A stretch of 63,584 nt of DNA, filler included, from Reticulomyxa filosa (Eukaryota > Protista > Foraminifera), in the NCBI GenBank assembly GCA_000512085.1. It is 16 parts of 16 records of this genome, joined end to end, with 100 filler letters (N's around TTAATTAATTAA, not from the genome) between each part and the next. Parts side by side here need not be neighbours in the genome. Positions count along the whole stretch, not along the records: positions 1 to 3,685 come from ASPP01019776.1; positions 3,786 to 10,144 come from ASPP01022592.1; positions 10,245 to 12,406 come from ASPP01006558.1; 13 more parts are not named here. The stretch is one strand, 5' to 3'. This document shows, in pieces, positions 1 to 11,982 of this stretch; within the stretch, counting starts at the first letter, position 1; each line of letters starts with the position of its first letter. The position numbers were made by a program, and so were the translations under genes. The notes below the pieces were generated by a model. The model was not told where the DNA came from and made no database searches. It saw nothing but the letters and a program-made list of their open reading frames with translations.

Positions 1-455
1 TTTTGTTTTCTCTTTGTAATAATGTTATAATAATGATAAAAAAAGAATGAAAGGCATTTGCACAATTATCAATGGATCCAAAATTATGTCACCTGTTGCA
101 AATGATTGAGTCGTCAATGTCAACAGAATCACATAGTGATAACAAGATTGCCGCAAAAATATTGGTATTCTTGATCATCCAATTGGAAAGATAATTGCTA
201 TTTACCTATTTGCTTTACTGATTAAATTAAAATATATTCAAACAGTCAAATAGTTGTGCTGCATTACAATTTGGATTCAATATTGACTTCCTGTATTTTT
301 ATTACTCCAAAAGTTAAATGAACAATAAATGGAGACTTTGAATATTTGATAGAATCAATTGAAGCATTATCGGCAAAATTATTACTAAATGGTTTGTCCA
401 TAGGCAGACATGTGTTGATTGGACACATCTACAACAACCGAATGATCAATATAAA

Positions 456-752
456 GGTGCGCAAACAGCGTTGCAATCGAAACTGATAGCCGACTCATCG
501 CGAGTTCTTTGCAAAAATGGCAATGGATGCAGTGTTATTATTGGATTCTCACAGCTTGAACTTGGATATGTTGATGTGACCAAAGTCCCTGGAGATAGTG
601 TGACTTCCAGCTAGTTGGTTCGTGGCGTGGCCTTCAAGAAAATATTCAACTATGCTGGGTTTGAATAACAGCCCAAAAAATTCAAAAATTCTAAAGTTGT
701 GTTGTTAAATATTGAATTGGAATTGAAAGCTGAAAAAGAGAACGCTGAAGTT
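456..752 (+). pseudogene. CCT7: Decayed fragment of chaperonin CCT/TRiC eta subunit
   Basis: Across two frameshifts it reads GAQTALQSKLIA / HREFFAKMAMDAVLLLD / [55 protein letters not shown], matching the CCT7 signature GVAFKKTFSYAGFE-QPK and [15 protein letters not shown]. Two in-frame stops. Confidence 0.85.
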
Positions 753-902
753 AGCAGAGAATTAGAAAAGCAAGACTGTTATTTGAGCTGCGCACGATTT
801 GTGGACAAATTCTTTTTTCTTTAAAAAAAAAGAATATAATTACAAATTGAATGTCCAAAAACGACAAGCAAATAAATCAAACACAAGTTTTATTAGTCCT
901 TT

Positions 903-2594
903 TTATTTTTTTTTTTGAAAAATGATATCATAATCAAGAGTGTCTTGGCTTTCCACGTAATAATATTTGCCAAAATTTTCATTTAAAATTTCTCTACGAA
1001 TATCTTCTAGCATTCGTTTGAATGGATAACCACTATCATATTTGCTTATGACAACATTTTTTATATATTTGCTAAACAGTGCATTATCAATTGAAATGTT
1101 ATTTTTTATAGTTGACCAAATTATCAAAAATCCACGACCTATGTTTTTGTATCCGCAAGATGTAAGTTCACTAGATTCCGGAGCATTTGAACGGCAAATA
1201 TCAACCATAAATATTTTTGGTAAATTACAGAATACTTTCAGATTATCCGAAACAAATATCTCACATAGTTGTCCTATTGATATATACTTTCCATCGCTTG
1301 TTAATAGCATGTCTTGGAGTCCATGTCCACAAATAATTACAATCAAGCCATCATATTCTTGTAAATTTTTTTGAGAATTTAATATTTGTACCAGACATTC
1401 AATATTATCTACAGTCATTTTATAATTAAGAAATACAAAAGTATATCCCAATTCATTATGGAATACTTCATGGAAGTTCGCAATATCTTTCTTCACACCT
1501 GGTAGGCTGCTAACATCTTTAATGTCATATTCACTAACTGCAATCATTATTACTAATGCATTTTTTATTATTTTTATTTTACCTATTGTTACATATTGCT
1601 TAACATCGTCCAAATGCACTTTCATATTTTGTGGTATTTCTTTTTGTTGCTTATCGTAACCACCAATAGCATATATATATTTATTTCTTTTATTGAATGT
1701 CGCTCCACAATGCCTCAACGCAGTTGGTAAAGCATTTTGTAATGTCGTCCATTTGTTTTCTCGAATTGAAAATTTGTAAATTGAATTTGAAATAATACTC
1801 TTTTTTTTTAACTTGCCATTCCAACCACCAAAAAATAATATAAAATCATTGACACATACATATGCATAGTTACGTAAAGGTGCAATATCATCACACATAA
1901 CTAATCTACAAAATTGAAAAATGTTATTATTTTCATTATAATTAATTGATAATCCTGTCGTTTGACAAAATAATAGCATTTCAGTAGTTTTATCCAGTTT
2001 CATTATTGATGGATTTGCAATAAAACATGGATATAATATTTTATCATTAGTATTGATAATACATTTTTTAATACATTTAAATGTATTCAAGGTAAACACA
2101 CTAATATTGTTTGGATAATAAATGATAAATAACAAATTATTGTTGCTTCCACCAATCACTGCACGCGCTCCGAGATAATTATCTCCTTCATCACCAATAT
2201 TAACTGGATTGTCGTTATTGTCTTTGAAAGGAATCCATTGATGGCCACCAAGTTCCTTAATTCTTTCATTAGCATTATTCCAAACGCTAATATATTTCAT
2301 TATCAATGCATGTTTATATTTTCCACCAAAAGAAAGCAATATAATTTCAGGACTGTTATCTACCAGTTCCACGACACAGTGACCTTCTAGTCTAATATCA
2401 CTTGGATACGAACAAATAAATTTATATTCATCTTTGTCTGTGTGATAAGAATAACAATCGAGTTGACGCAAACCTCCACAAATGAGAATTTCATTGTTGT
2501 GTGATATACATTGAGCTTCAGAAAGTGGAGTAGGCAGCTTCTTCACACTTTGAAAGGGAATTGAAGCCACTTCAAATGATTTTTCTTCACACAT
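903..2594 (-). CDS. Kelch-like beta-propeller fused to C-terminal caspase/paracaspase-like (peptidase C14) domain, 563 aa, intronless
   Basis: Kelch-type GG blades (ILICGG, LLSFGG, ILFFGGWNG, IYAIGGYD). C14 fold: ALVIMIAVSEY..LPGVKKD, catalytic His in IICGHG, catalytic Cys in IFMVDICR. Confidence 0.85.
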   Translation of the reverse strand: MCEEKSFEVASIPFQSVKKLPTPLSEAQCISHNNEILICGGLRQLDCYSYHTDKDEYKFICSYPSDIRLEGHCVVELVDNSPEIILLSFGGKYKHALIMKYISVWNNANERIKELGGHQWIPFKDNNDNPVNIGDEGDNYLGARAVIGGSNNNLLFIIYYPNNISVFTLNTFKCIKKCIINTNDKILYPCFIANPSIMKLDKTTEMLLFCQTTGLSINYNENNNIFQFCRLVMCDDIAPLRNYAYVCVNDFILFFGGWNGKLKKKSIISNSIYKFSIRENKWTTLQNALPTALRHCGATFNKRNKYIYAIGGYDKQQKEIPQNMKVHLDDVKQYVTIGKIKIIKNALVIMIAVSEYDIKDVSSLPGVKKDIANFHEVFHNELGYTFVFLNYKMTVDNIECLVQILNSQKNLQEYDGLIVIICGHGLQDMLLTSDGKYISIGQLCEIFVSDNLKVFCNLPKIFMVDICRSNAPESSELTSCGYKNIGRGFLIIWSTIKNNISIDNALFSKYIKNVVISKYDSGYPFKRMLEDIRREILNENFGKYYYVESQDTLDYDIIFQKKK

Positions 2595-3685
2595 TCTTAA
2601 GCTGAAGAATAGAGTTTTTTTTTTGAAAAATGTTTGTGTCCCTTTGAAAAATAGTTTGATTCGAATAAAAAAAAATCACAAAGCAAAAATTTGGAGATGG
2701 TAAGAGGCAATCCAAACTCTATGCGAACACAACATACACGTTAGGTGTTAAAAACATTGCATGCACATTAGCACTGTAGCTACTGTACTTTTGCTGGTGT
2801 AAACTGGATATTTTGATTATTTTGTGTAATGTATTGCATTATTTATCACTACGATATTTTTTATTCTTGAATTTCCTTTCTGCTAACAAAAAAAAAAAGA
2901 GATACTTTTCCGTTCAAAGTTCCACTTTTTTTCACTCTCCCGCATCAGTTTATTTCTCATTGTCATATCCTTGCATTTTTTTAATTGGAAGAAGCTCCTA
3001 ACTTTTTTAACTTACAACAAAAAAATACGAATGCTGTTGCTTCGGCTTTGCACAAAGAAAAACAAAGGTAGAAAAACTGCAACAAACTACCACGTCCCAG
3101 AACAAACAGTCTGCTCGAAGTGAAAAAAATGATTAATTGTTTCATTTGTTACTATTTTTTTTAGAAAAAAAAAACAAGTACGTGAAGTCAAAATCGCTTT
3201 GAAACGTATAGCATATTGATTTTTTTCCCTCGTTCAACTTATTACGCATTAGATGTGTTGCTTGATCTTTTTTTGTAATCATCAGCTTTTAGTTTGCTTT
3301 ATTTCGTTAATTCAGAAGCTTTACAATTTTGCACAAAGTTAGACATCACCAAATTTTGTGTTTTTTATTTTACTTTGAGGAACAAAAAATGAAAGAAGTT
3401 TATTACAAAATTTTTTTAATATATGTAGTTTTTTTGGAAACGACCACTAGCCATTGGAAATTTTTGCGGTTAAAGCATTGCAAGTTAGTTCGAACGCAGT
3501 TTTTACAAGATTGAGCAACAAAAAGCGTATTTTGTTTTGTTTTAAGTTTTCGGGAAAAAAACTAAAAACCATTCTTCACAAAAAGACTCATAGCCGAAAG
3601 AAAACTTTGTCAAGTGTCAAATAAAACTCCAAAAAAATAAAATTATAAATAATTTTTGAGGGAAGGGCAATTAGTAATTTCTTTA

Positions 3686-3785
3686 NNNNNNNNNNNNNNN
3701 NNNNNNNNNNNNNNNNNNNNNNNNNNNNNTTAATTAATTAANNNNNNNNNNNNNNNNNNNNNNNNNNNNNNNNNNNNNNNNNNNN
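3686..3785. other. Artificial contig spacer N44-TTAATTAATTAA-N44 (first of 15)
   Basis: Identical 100-nt spacers with stops in all six frames also start at 10145, 12407, 14855, 15998, 19737, 28699, 31449, 35510, 41230, 44094, 45409, 47905, 56177 and 58068. Confidence 0.98.
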
Positions 3786-4525
3786 AAAAAACAACATTTA
3801 ATCAAATTTTTTTTTAAACAATTTTTGAAATTTCCTTTTTTTTTTTTAGGTGTTCGATATTGATTTTTATCATTTTGATTATTTTGTCCGAAATATTGAT
3901 TGATAACCATTATATGAAAATCTCATATCAAAAATAGTAAAATTTAGTGGTGTAAGCATTTTAGTCCTGCTATGTTCTGGAGCATTAGAAACAGGCTACG
4001 CTTGCAAGATGGAGTAAATACTGACTCATATATAATTTTTATCTGACGAAATCTTAAATAGAGTCAATTTCTGCTTAGAAAATAAAGAAGATCGGATTTT
4101 CCAGCAAGATAATTCAACATGCAATAAGTCAGAAAAAATTATGAAATAGTTAAAACAAAAAAAAAGAAAATAACAAATTTTCCTCCAAATTCACATGCTT
4201 TAAATCCAATTAAAAATCTTTGGTGTATAGTAAAGACAATAATTTACAAAAAGGACCATTTAATACCACAGAAGAACTTTGGAACTAATTCGAAACATAA
4301 TGTGAAAAAATAAAAACCTTAATAAAGTCTATACCAAAGAGAATACAAACAGTTAAAAAGGCCAAAGTAGATTTAACACGTTGGTAAACTTAAATTAAAT
4401 TTTAAAAAATAAATCTTATCATATTCAGACAACTACAAAAAATTTTTTTAAAGTAAATGAAAAATTTTTGAAAAAATTATAAAGACTTAATAAAAAACCA
4501 AAATGATATTTAAAAACTACACGAT

Positions 4526-4656
4526 TACATTAGGTTGCAAAGAAAAATGAACGCCTAAAACGATATCTTATGATAATAATTGATTTTTCATGGAAAAAAT
4601 CAATTATCATCATAAGATACGTTTTAGGCGTTCAGTTTTCTTTGCAACATAATGTA
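4526..4656. repeat. Near-perfect 131-bp palindrome (about 62-bp arms)
   Basis: Left arm TACATTAGGTTGCAAAGAAAAATGAACGCCTAAAACGATATCTTATGATAATAATTGATTTTT matches the reverse complement of the right arm with about 4 differences; centre is CATGG. Confidence 0.93.
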
Positions 4657-5227
4657 GTAGATTTTTTTTAAAAAAATGTGATTAAATGTTGTTTTTTCAT
4701 GGAGAAACACAATCATCTCTATAAGGTGGCATTTTAGGTATCAACTTTCTTTTTTATCTTACTGTATTTGAAGCTGTATTTTTTAATGGCTTCCCGTACT
4801 AAGTATTTATTTTATAAAATATAGTGTCCGTGAGTATAAAAAGATCAACAAGAACTCAACTTGTAAGGAGAATCATCAATAAAATACACTTGCAACCACT
4901 GTTTTTTTTCACTCAGTCAATAACGAAAAACGGTCAGTTTTGAGTTTTAAAAAAAGTACAAATATTTAATTAAAAAAAATCTACTTATTTTTTACCAACG
5001 TCCAAAATCAAAGTATGCTTTACTTATAATATTTTTTTGAACGTTTTCTGTTCTTTGAACAATTGCAACAGCAAAAAGAAAAACCTTAAACCATGTTAGT
5101 CAAAAACTTTTATGGCTTAGTTATATTGTTTTTTTTTAACCAAAATTCAAAAAGAGAGTTGTTTTGATTACTAAAGTGGAATAAGGATGTGGAGAAAAAA
5201 AAAAATCAGAAAGAAGCACATTTCTTT

Positions 5228-8200
5228 CTATTCATTAGTTAGTCGATCAACAGCTTCGGTTTCATTTTCACTTTGATTTGTATTTGGTTCCTCGTTTTGC
5301 GTATTGTTGGGGGCAGTATCTTGTTCAGGATTGAGGGGTTCACTTTTTTCGTTTTGCGTATTGTCGGGAACAGTATCTTGTCCAGGATTGGAGGACTCAC
5401 TTTTGGATTCTGTTTGGACAGCGCTTTGACTTTCGGTAGAAGGAGGAGGAGCATTATCGTCTTGACGGACGTTCTCTTCCTCTTGAAAGATGATTTGCGG
5501 ATTGGACAGGATGGCTTTACTGATACGTCTCAGCTCGGACTTGAGTTGTTTGTTGTCCGTGTCCAAGTGTGTGTAGACATAATCCATGAGTTTTTTGATC
5601 GTTTCATTCGTGCTTTCCTCAAACTTCAATTTCATTTTGGCCTGATAATTTTTTTTAAATTGTTTCAATTCATCCGCAAATTGTTCATGGGCGGCAGTTA
5701 ATTCAGCATTTTCTTTTATGACTTGGTCTTTTTGATCCAACAACTGTTGTTTTTCATTCGACAGTTGTTGTTTTTCGTCCGATAATTGTTGTTTTTGATC
5801 CAACAGTTGTTGCCTTTCATCCAACAATTGTTTCTTTTCTTCGGACAACTGATGCTGTTCACTGCGCAGACGTTGAATGTCTTCAGACATTTGTGTTTTT
5901 TCCGTTTCCAAATGGCTATGTGCGGAGCGCAGGGACTCGAGTTCGCTGGTCGACGAAGACCGCAACGAGTTCAATTCATGAGTGGCGGAGCGCAAGGATC
6001 CCAGTTCGGTTGTCGCAGTTCCATCGCAGTCTGCTTTTCTTGACACTCCAACTGCAATTGCTGGATCGTTTTGTCCTGGCTCTGAATTTTGAGAAGCAGT
6101 TCCTCCATCTTTTGGTCTTTGCCCGCACTTTCCAAGCCGAGTTCTTTAAGTTTCGAGTCTTTGGCTTGGTGTTCGGATTGCAGCTGTTCCAGCTTTGCGT
6201 CTTTCGTTTGTATCTCCGCTTTTAAGTCGTCCAGTTTTGCGTCTTTCGTTTGTATCTCCACTTTCAAGTCGTCCACTTGTTGGCCTTTTGCTTTCAGCTC
6301 TTGTTTCAATTGCTCGATTTGCTTTTCTCTCATTTCCTTTTCACTCAACACGGCCGAGTCGGTCATCGAATTCAGCTTGAATTCCATCAAAATTTGGTTC
6401 TTTTCCAGCAGCTGCACATTTTTCGCTTGCAAGTTCTGCAAGCGCTCATTCAATTCGCGGATCGTTTGCTGATTGCCTTCGTTTTGCTGGTGCAGCGTCT
6501 GCAGACAAGAGATCACATCATTGGCGCTCAGTCCACTCGTCTTCACGTTCGCCGGATGCAATCGAATTATCTCATCTATTTTCTGTTCCACGCTTTCCAA
6601 TTTCTTTTCCAGCCCAGTCCAATGTGTGCGAACATGCGCGTAATCTGCAACTGATCCTTCACTCACTTCTTCGCTCATTGTCGCCAATGCTTTGTTGCTA
6701 CTGTTGTTATTACCATTCGTAATTGTTGTCGTGGTGGTTGTAATTGTTGCATTATTGCTACTAGTATTATTTGTATTGCCATCGGCGGTTGTTTTAAACT
6801 CATCACCACCTCGGGCCCTTGTCATCATCAAAACGTTCCGGGCCCCTTCCTCACTAAGAGCTTGTCCATCGTACTCGTGTTCCCGAGAAGTTCCGTTGAT
6901 AGTAGTGTTGGCCGAGGAGGTTGAAGAGAGACATTCTCTGCGTGTCTCGGCTGCATCGTCGTCGCTGCTGGGACAGAAGTGGCGGACGGAAGTGCAGACG
7001 CAGAAGCAGAAGCAGAAGCAGAACTAGGTGCATACGCATATTGTTGTTGATGTGGATGTGGATGTGAATATGAATGAGAATATGAATGAGAATGTACATG
7101 CGCAGATGCGGGCGCAGGTGCAGGTGTAGGTGTGGTGGCACGTACCGTGGCAAACCTATCTCCGGACACGTCATTGGGGTCATCTTTTCGAAGATCTTTT
7201 TCGTCGATAGTAGCATCTCCTCCTCCGATGCCAAGTACTTTGGTCAAAAGACTTCCGCGATTGTCGCTCAGCCGTGCCATTCTGCGAAGCACATCCTTTT
7301 TATGATCATCGCCTTGTGGTGCATTCCCTCCTGGGCCCATAGGCACAAGCAAGTGTTCTTCCTCGCCCCTTCGAGTATTGTCCACAGTAGCAGCCGAGGT
7401 CATGGTCCCCCCAATGATGGGTACAGTAGCAGCAGTAGCAGCAGTAGTAGTAGTAGTAGCAGTGGTGATACCAACGCCAAGGATGGGTTTGTTGGATTCA
7501 TTAGCACCTTTGGGAGGGAAAGGAGAAGAAGAGCGAAAAGAAGGGGCTTTGATAGCTCGCACATCGAGTTCGATGATAATGGTAGCATTGGGAGGGACAG
7601 TGATGCGTGTGCGATCATCGTAATAGCCATCGCCAAAGGCCAAGTGAGGAGGACAAATGACGAGTCGTCGCATACCGACGTCGCATTGAGTCAGGGCCTG
7701 TCGAATGACTTTTTTCAATCTGTTGACGACATCGACAGTGATGGGCTCCTGCACCGCGTGATCGTCCAAAGTAATATCCAGACCTTGAAACGACCACAGT
7801 CTCGGTCCATATGTCTTGGGATGGTTCGAATCTGCTGTCAGAAATGTGAACATATCAAACGTGATGATACTATTACTGGCGATTGTTGCTCCTGATCCTC
7901 CGTTGCTACTGTTTGATGTCTCGTTGCCTGGTACCAATGTCGATATAATCAATTGATGCTGCGTGTTCGGCTCGACCACTTTGGACATCTCCAATGTTTG
8001 CAGGAATGACTGCTGCACATTTTCATTTGGGAAACGCAACGACCAGTACACGCCATTCGCATCGTAAAACGACAAAAAATTCTTCTGCTGCGCGTGGAAT
8101 ATGCTGCTGCTCGTTATTGCGTGCGACAACAACACGTCCCTCGTTTGCAAGTCGTAACATACCAAACTGTAACCTGCCTTGGCACCACCTGTGCTCGTCT

Positions 8201-8462
8201 TATCTGCCAACACGCAACTCCCGATTTTTCCTAGCGACGCCGACGGACCTGTACGGTCCTTTTTATATCCTATTGCCACTGATGCCACTAACGACTTCGG
8301 TGCTGCTTGCGTTTGCACTGCGGACGCTTGCTGCGCTGCTGGCCTCGCCTGAGGCGTTGAAAAAGACACGCTTACGTCATCGAACTGCGCATTGCGCTGA
8401 TATAAATGCTTCAAATTCTTTTGGTCGCTTTCGAAGCCTTGAGTGAGTTTTGAAAAACTCAT
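5228..8462 (-). CDS. FKBP15: FKBP15/WAFL-like protein (WH1-like N-domain, FKBP domain, long coiled coil), split into three ORFs by two -1 frameshifts
   Basis: N-terminal GKIGSCVL..YSLVCY..NFLSFYDANGVYWSLRF resembles the FKBP15 N-domain. FKBP tail GMRRLVICPPHLAFG..VPPNATIIIELDV, then VLRRMARL and a heptad coiled coil. ORFs 6828-8462, 5971-6831 and 5228-6046 overlap with no intron-like sequence between them. Confidence 0.8.
5720..6275 (-). repeat. Coding tandem repeats in the coiled coil: 42-bp (DDLKxEIQTKDAKL) and 21-bp (LxDEKQQ) units
   Basis: Seen directly in the translation and DNA. A further ~57-bp duplication (NPxQDTxPxNTQNE) lies at about 5290-5392. Confidence 0.75.
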
Positions 8463-9001
8463 TGTTAGTGTAAATGATGACGATTGGGTTTACCAAAATT
8501 CAAAAAAGTTCTGACACCAGCGGAGAATGAAACTGCTGAAAAAAGTTAATCGTAAAGTAGGGCAAAACATCACTCTAATTTTTGGGTTTCTTTGCGTAAT
8601 ATCATGACTACTCCAGGAACAATCAACGATAAAAAAAAAAGTGCAAGATATTTCTTTGTAGATACGAAAAAAAGTTTTTAATTACTCTTAAAAGAAATTT
8701 AACTTGGGTAGTGCAGAAAGAGAAACAAATGGAGTGGACAACCCAAAAGTTAAAGAATGATCACTCATTTTTGAAATCAAAGTGTATTACAACGGTGTTA
8801 TTGGACAAACAACAAATAAAAAAGGCAATCAAGTCACCTCATGTAGATGAAATACGGCCAAAGGCAACCACGTATTACCCACATAAGATAATCATACAAA
8901 CAGCAAGAAAACCAAAAAAAAAAGGATAATTTGCTTTTTTTTTTTTTTTTTTTTTGTGAAAGTCCACTTTATTTACTTCAATGTTTTCAAGGCTATCACC
9001 A

Positions 9002-10108
9002 TTATTTAGGCTTGACCGTAAGCTTTGCTTTTCCTCCCAATTCAGGTAATTCTCCCAATTTTTTATTTTCTTCTTTTAGAATGAGTGAAGGGAAGCATAT
9101 CAACTCCATATCTCCATGATACGTAGTCTGTTTCAAATAAATCCAGCCAAAAAAAAAAAATAAAAATAAAGAATGACGGGGAACACAGAGAGTAAACATG
9201 TATATAAACCTGGGATTTGACAAAGTGAATAACATCACCAACTGTATTTTCTTTCAAAAATTTGCGCACCAAAATCTGTCCATTAGGCAAGCCTAATCTT
9301 ATTTCACAAATTTTGGAGGGATCAACAGTGTTGTCCGGTTCAGTAGGGACTTTACTTTCAAATTCACTTTGCATGCTCATAAGCATGGCTTTGGACAACT
9401 CGTCTTCATCGTCGACTTGCTCCTTGCTCTTGGTCGGTCTTTTTTCAGTCGTCGTAGTAGCGACAGTAGTGTTTGGTTTTTCATTAGTATGCGACATCGA
9501 CATAGCCAATGCCAACTCCATGTCGTTGTCAAAATCTCCTGTGCTGTTGGTTTTGCCAAGCGACTGTTGAATGGCCTGTTCGAGCATATTTTCCTCCGTA
9601 TTCGAACTGGGTCCCACCAATACCGAATGTCCCGCCCGCGATTGGTTTACCTGTTTTTGCAGTTCTTTCGGGTACGTGTCATGATACGACTTTAGCTCGG
9701 ACGCTTTGTACCAATTGGCCTTTTCACCGACGTCGGGATCGACCACAGGGATTGGAAACTTTCCTTTTACTACGAATATCGAGTATCCGTCATTGCGAAG
9801 TGACGACAGAAACGCACTATTCACAAAACACGCACGCATGTGTCCATTTTTTTTTTTTTTTTAAAAAAAAAACAAAAAAGAAATAAATATGTAAAAAGAA
9901 GAAGACAAACAAAATTGAAAACAATCGTTTTTTTTTTTTTTTTTTTTTTTCACCTCAAAAAAAAATCGCTGATGACATTCGGCTTAGCGGGGGTGTCAGG
10001 TAAGCCGCTAAGAGAATTCAAGTTATACCAAACATCAGCAATTCTTCGAATGGCAAACCAATGAGCATCCAAGTTGCAAATGAATGCTTCTTCGTGTTCG
10101 GGATGCTT
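9002..10108 (-). CDS. ATXN3: Ataxin-3-like Josephin deubiquitinase with 3 UIMs and C-terminal UBX domain (5' end missing)
   Basis: EAFICNLDAHWFAIRRIADVWYNLNSL and AFLSSLRNDGYSIFVVKG match the Josephin C-half. UIMs LEQAIQQSL, MELALAMSM, ELSKAMLMSM. UBX-like PTEPD..IRLGLPNGQILVRKF. Exons ~10108-9954, 9816-9210, 9127-9002. Confidence 0.85.
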
Positions 10109-10263
10109 CTTTCTCCCCCCCGCCCCCCCCCCCCCATCATATACNNNNNNNNNNNNNNNNNNNNNNNNNNNNNNNNNNNNNNNNNNNNTTAATTAATTAA
10201 NNNNNNNNNNNNNNNNNNNNNNNNNNNNNNNNNNNNNNNNNNNNTGTGTGTGTGTGTGATGAG

Positions 10264-11426
10264 GTCAGTGGGCAGAGTACCAAGAAACAAAAGACAAAAC
10301 GGTAGTGAAACCGGAACTGGATGTTTTGGGACTGATCCCGGCTCCGATCTTCCAGCCAAACGACTTTTCGCAACAATGTACCATGTCCGACTGCAAAACG
10401 AAATTCGGTCTTTTGAATCGAAGGCATCATTGTCATTACTGCGGGCGTTTGGCCTGTGCCAAATGTACCAACTACACACTCCCTCACCGCTTGAACCCAA
10501 CCATTTCCATGCGTTGTTGTAGGCATTGCCAGTTTTGTGATCAGGGGAGAGGGGTGACAGAAGGGATTCAAAAGAAAAAAGGATGCATAAGGGGGATTGC
10601 CAATTCTTTCACACACAAAAAAAAAAAAATATATATATATATATGTATATATAAAATAAGCCAGGAACAAGAGGGAGTTTTTTTGTATTTTTTTAAAATG
10701 CTCATTGTGCATATGCATATGTATATGTATGCATATATGCATAGAGGACATCAGAGATTTTGTTCTTGTTTTAGCTTGTATTGCTTGTTTCAACAGTGAA
10801 CGCTACAAGGAACGTCAATCCTTAGCGATAACGTATTCTCCTCAGTTTCAGGCACGTCCGGAATCGGAGATTCTGATCGAGAGGAAACAATTTGAAGACT
10901 TGGATTTCAAAAGGGAAAATGACGATCCGCCCGCCGTCATAGCGTTTGCACAAGACGCGGAGGGAAATACTCCGTCGTCGACTGCTGACGTGAGTGTACA
11001 AAAACTCAAAGACGGAGATCCTACTCAATACATAACGGATGAGAAGACCGAATCAATCACTTCCAGAAAGAGCTCGCCGATGATGCATACTCTACGACCA
11101 GCCAACTCCGACCCTCTTGCCGACGAGTCGTTTGCGCGGCAAAGCTTGGAAGACATGTTCAATGAGTATTGTCAAGCCAATAGCATTGTCCAATCCAATG
11201 ACACAATGGTATCCATTGGATATGTCAAACAGTTTCTCAATCATGTTTTGCAGCCTACTTTTGATAAGTCGGCTGCCAATCCAAAGATTCCTGTAAATAC
11301 TTTAGTTTCGTATCAATCCTCCCCCCCTTTTTCCTTGTCTTGCTTGCAAGGGCATATCAACGACAAACAATGTCTTATATTCATGCATAGTTGACAATCA
11401 TGACTCAAGATCCCACGCAAAACTAA
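10264..11426 (+). CDS. FYVE zinc-finger protein, 3' part
   Basis: APIFQPND..CTMSDCKTKFGLLNRRHHCHYCGRLACAKC; the last CxxC is probably CIAC in the next exon (from 10776). Final exon ends at TAA 11424-11426. Confidence 0.75.
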
Positions 11427-11982
11427 ACGCTGTGCTTTCTTTTTTTAGAAAATAGTTTACAAGTTACTTACATCATAAAAGAAAAAATAAAAAGTAAAAA
11501 TAAAAATAAAAAGACGAGTACTTGTGAATCAATGTTTATTATTGTAACTTTAAAGGCCATTTAATACATCATTCAGATGTCACTTAATGGTTGCACAAAT
11601 TTCTACTTCCTATTCAACACATATATTTGCCACATTTTTTTCCATTCGATTTCGATCTTTCGACTTTCTTTTGATGATTTCAGCAATCATTTTTTTTACT
11701 TCTGCAATTGAAATTGTTGTCTTTTCTTCTTTAAAACTCAAGCAATCCAAAAGTAAAATTCATTTTTTTTGTTTGACTATAAATTACGTTAACATTTTCT
11801 GTTTATGCTCATGAAACAAAAGCCTGCGTTATTTTTTGTAAAATTGCATTTTTCCGCTCAAAGTGGATAAGAGATTGATCAAAGACTTAAAAGCAAAGCA
11901 CAACCAACAAGACAGTAACGCAAACAAAACAAGAGAAGGGTTAGCTGTCGTCTAAATATTTTTTTGTGCATCGCCGGAAATA

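Noticed and set aside
610-670. In-frame TAG and TAA at likely Gln positions of CCT7, suggesting a ciliate-type genetic code
   Set aside because: The same fragment has frameshifts, and intact genes here end in TAA/TAG at the expected positions. C-to-T decay explains it.
5273-8446. Long antisense and alternate-frame ORFs over FKBP15 (also over HDAC, PDE and 55094-55969)
   Set aside because: Shadow ORFs of GC-rich or repetitive coding sequence, with no protein-like features.
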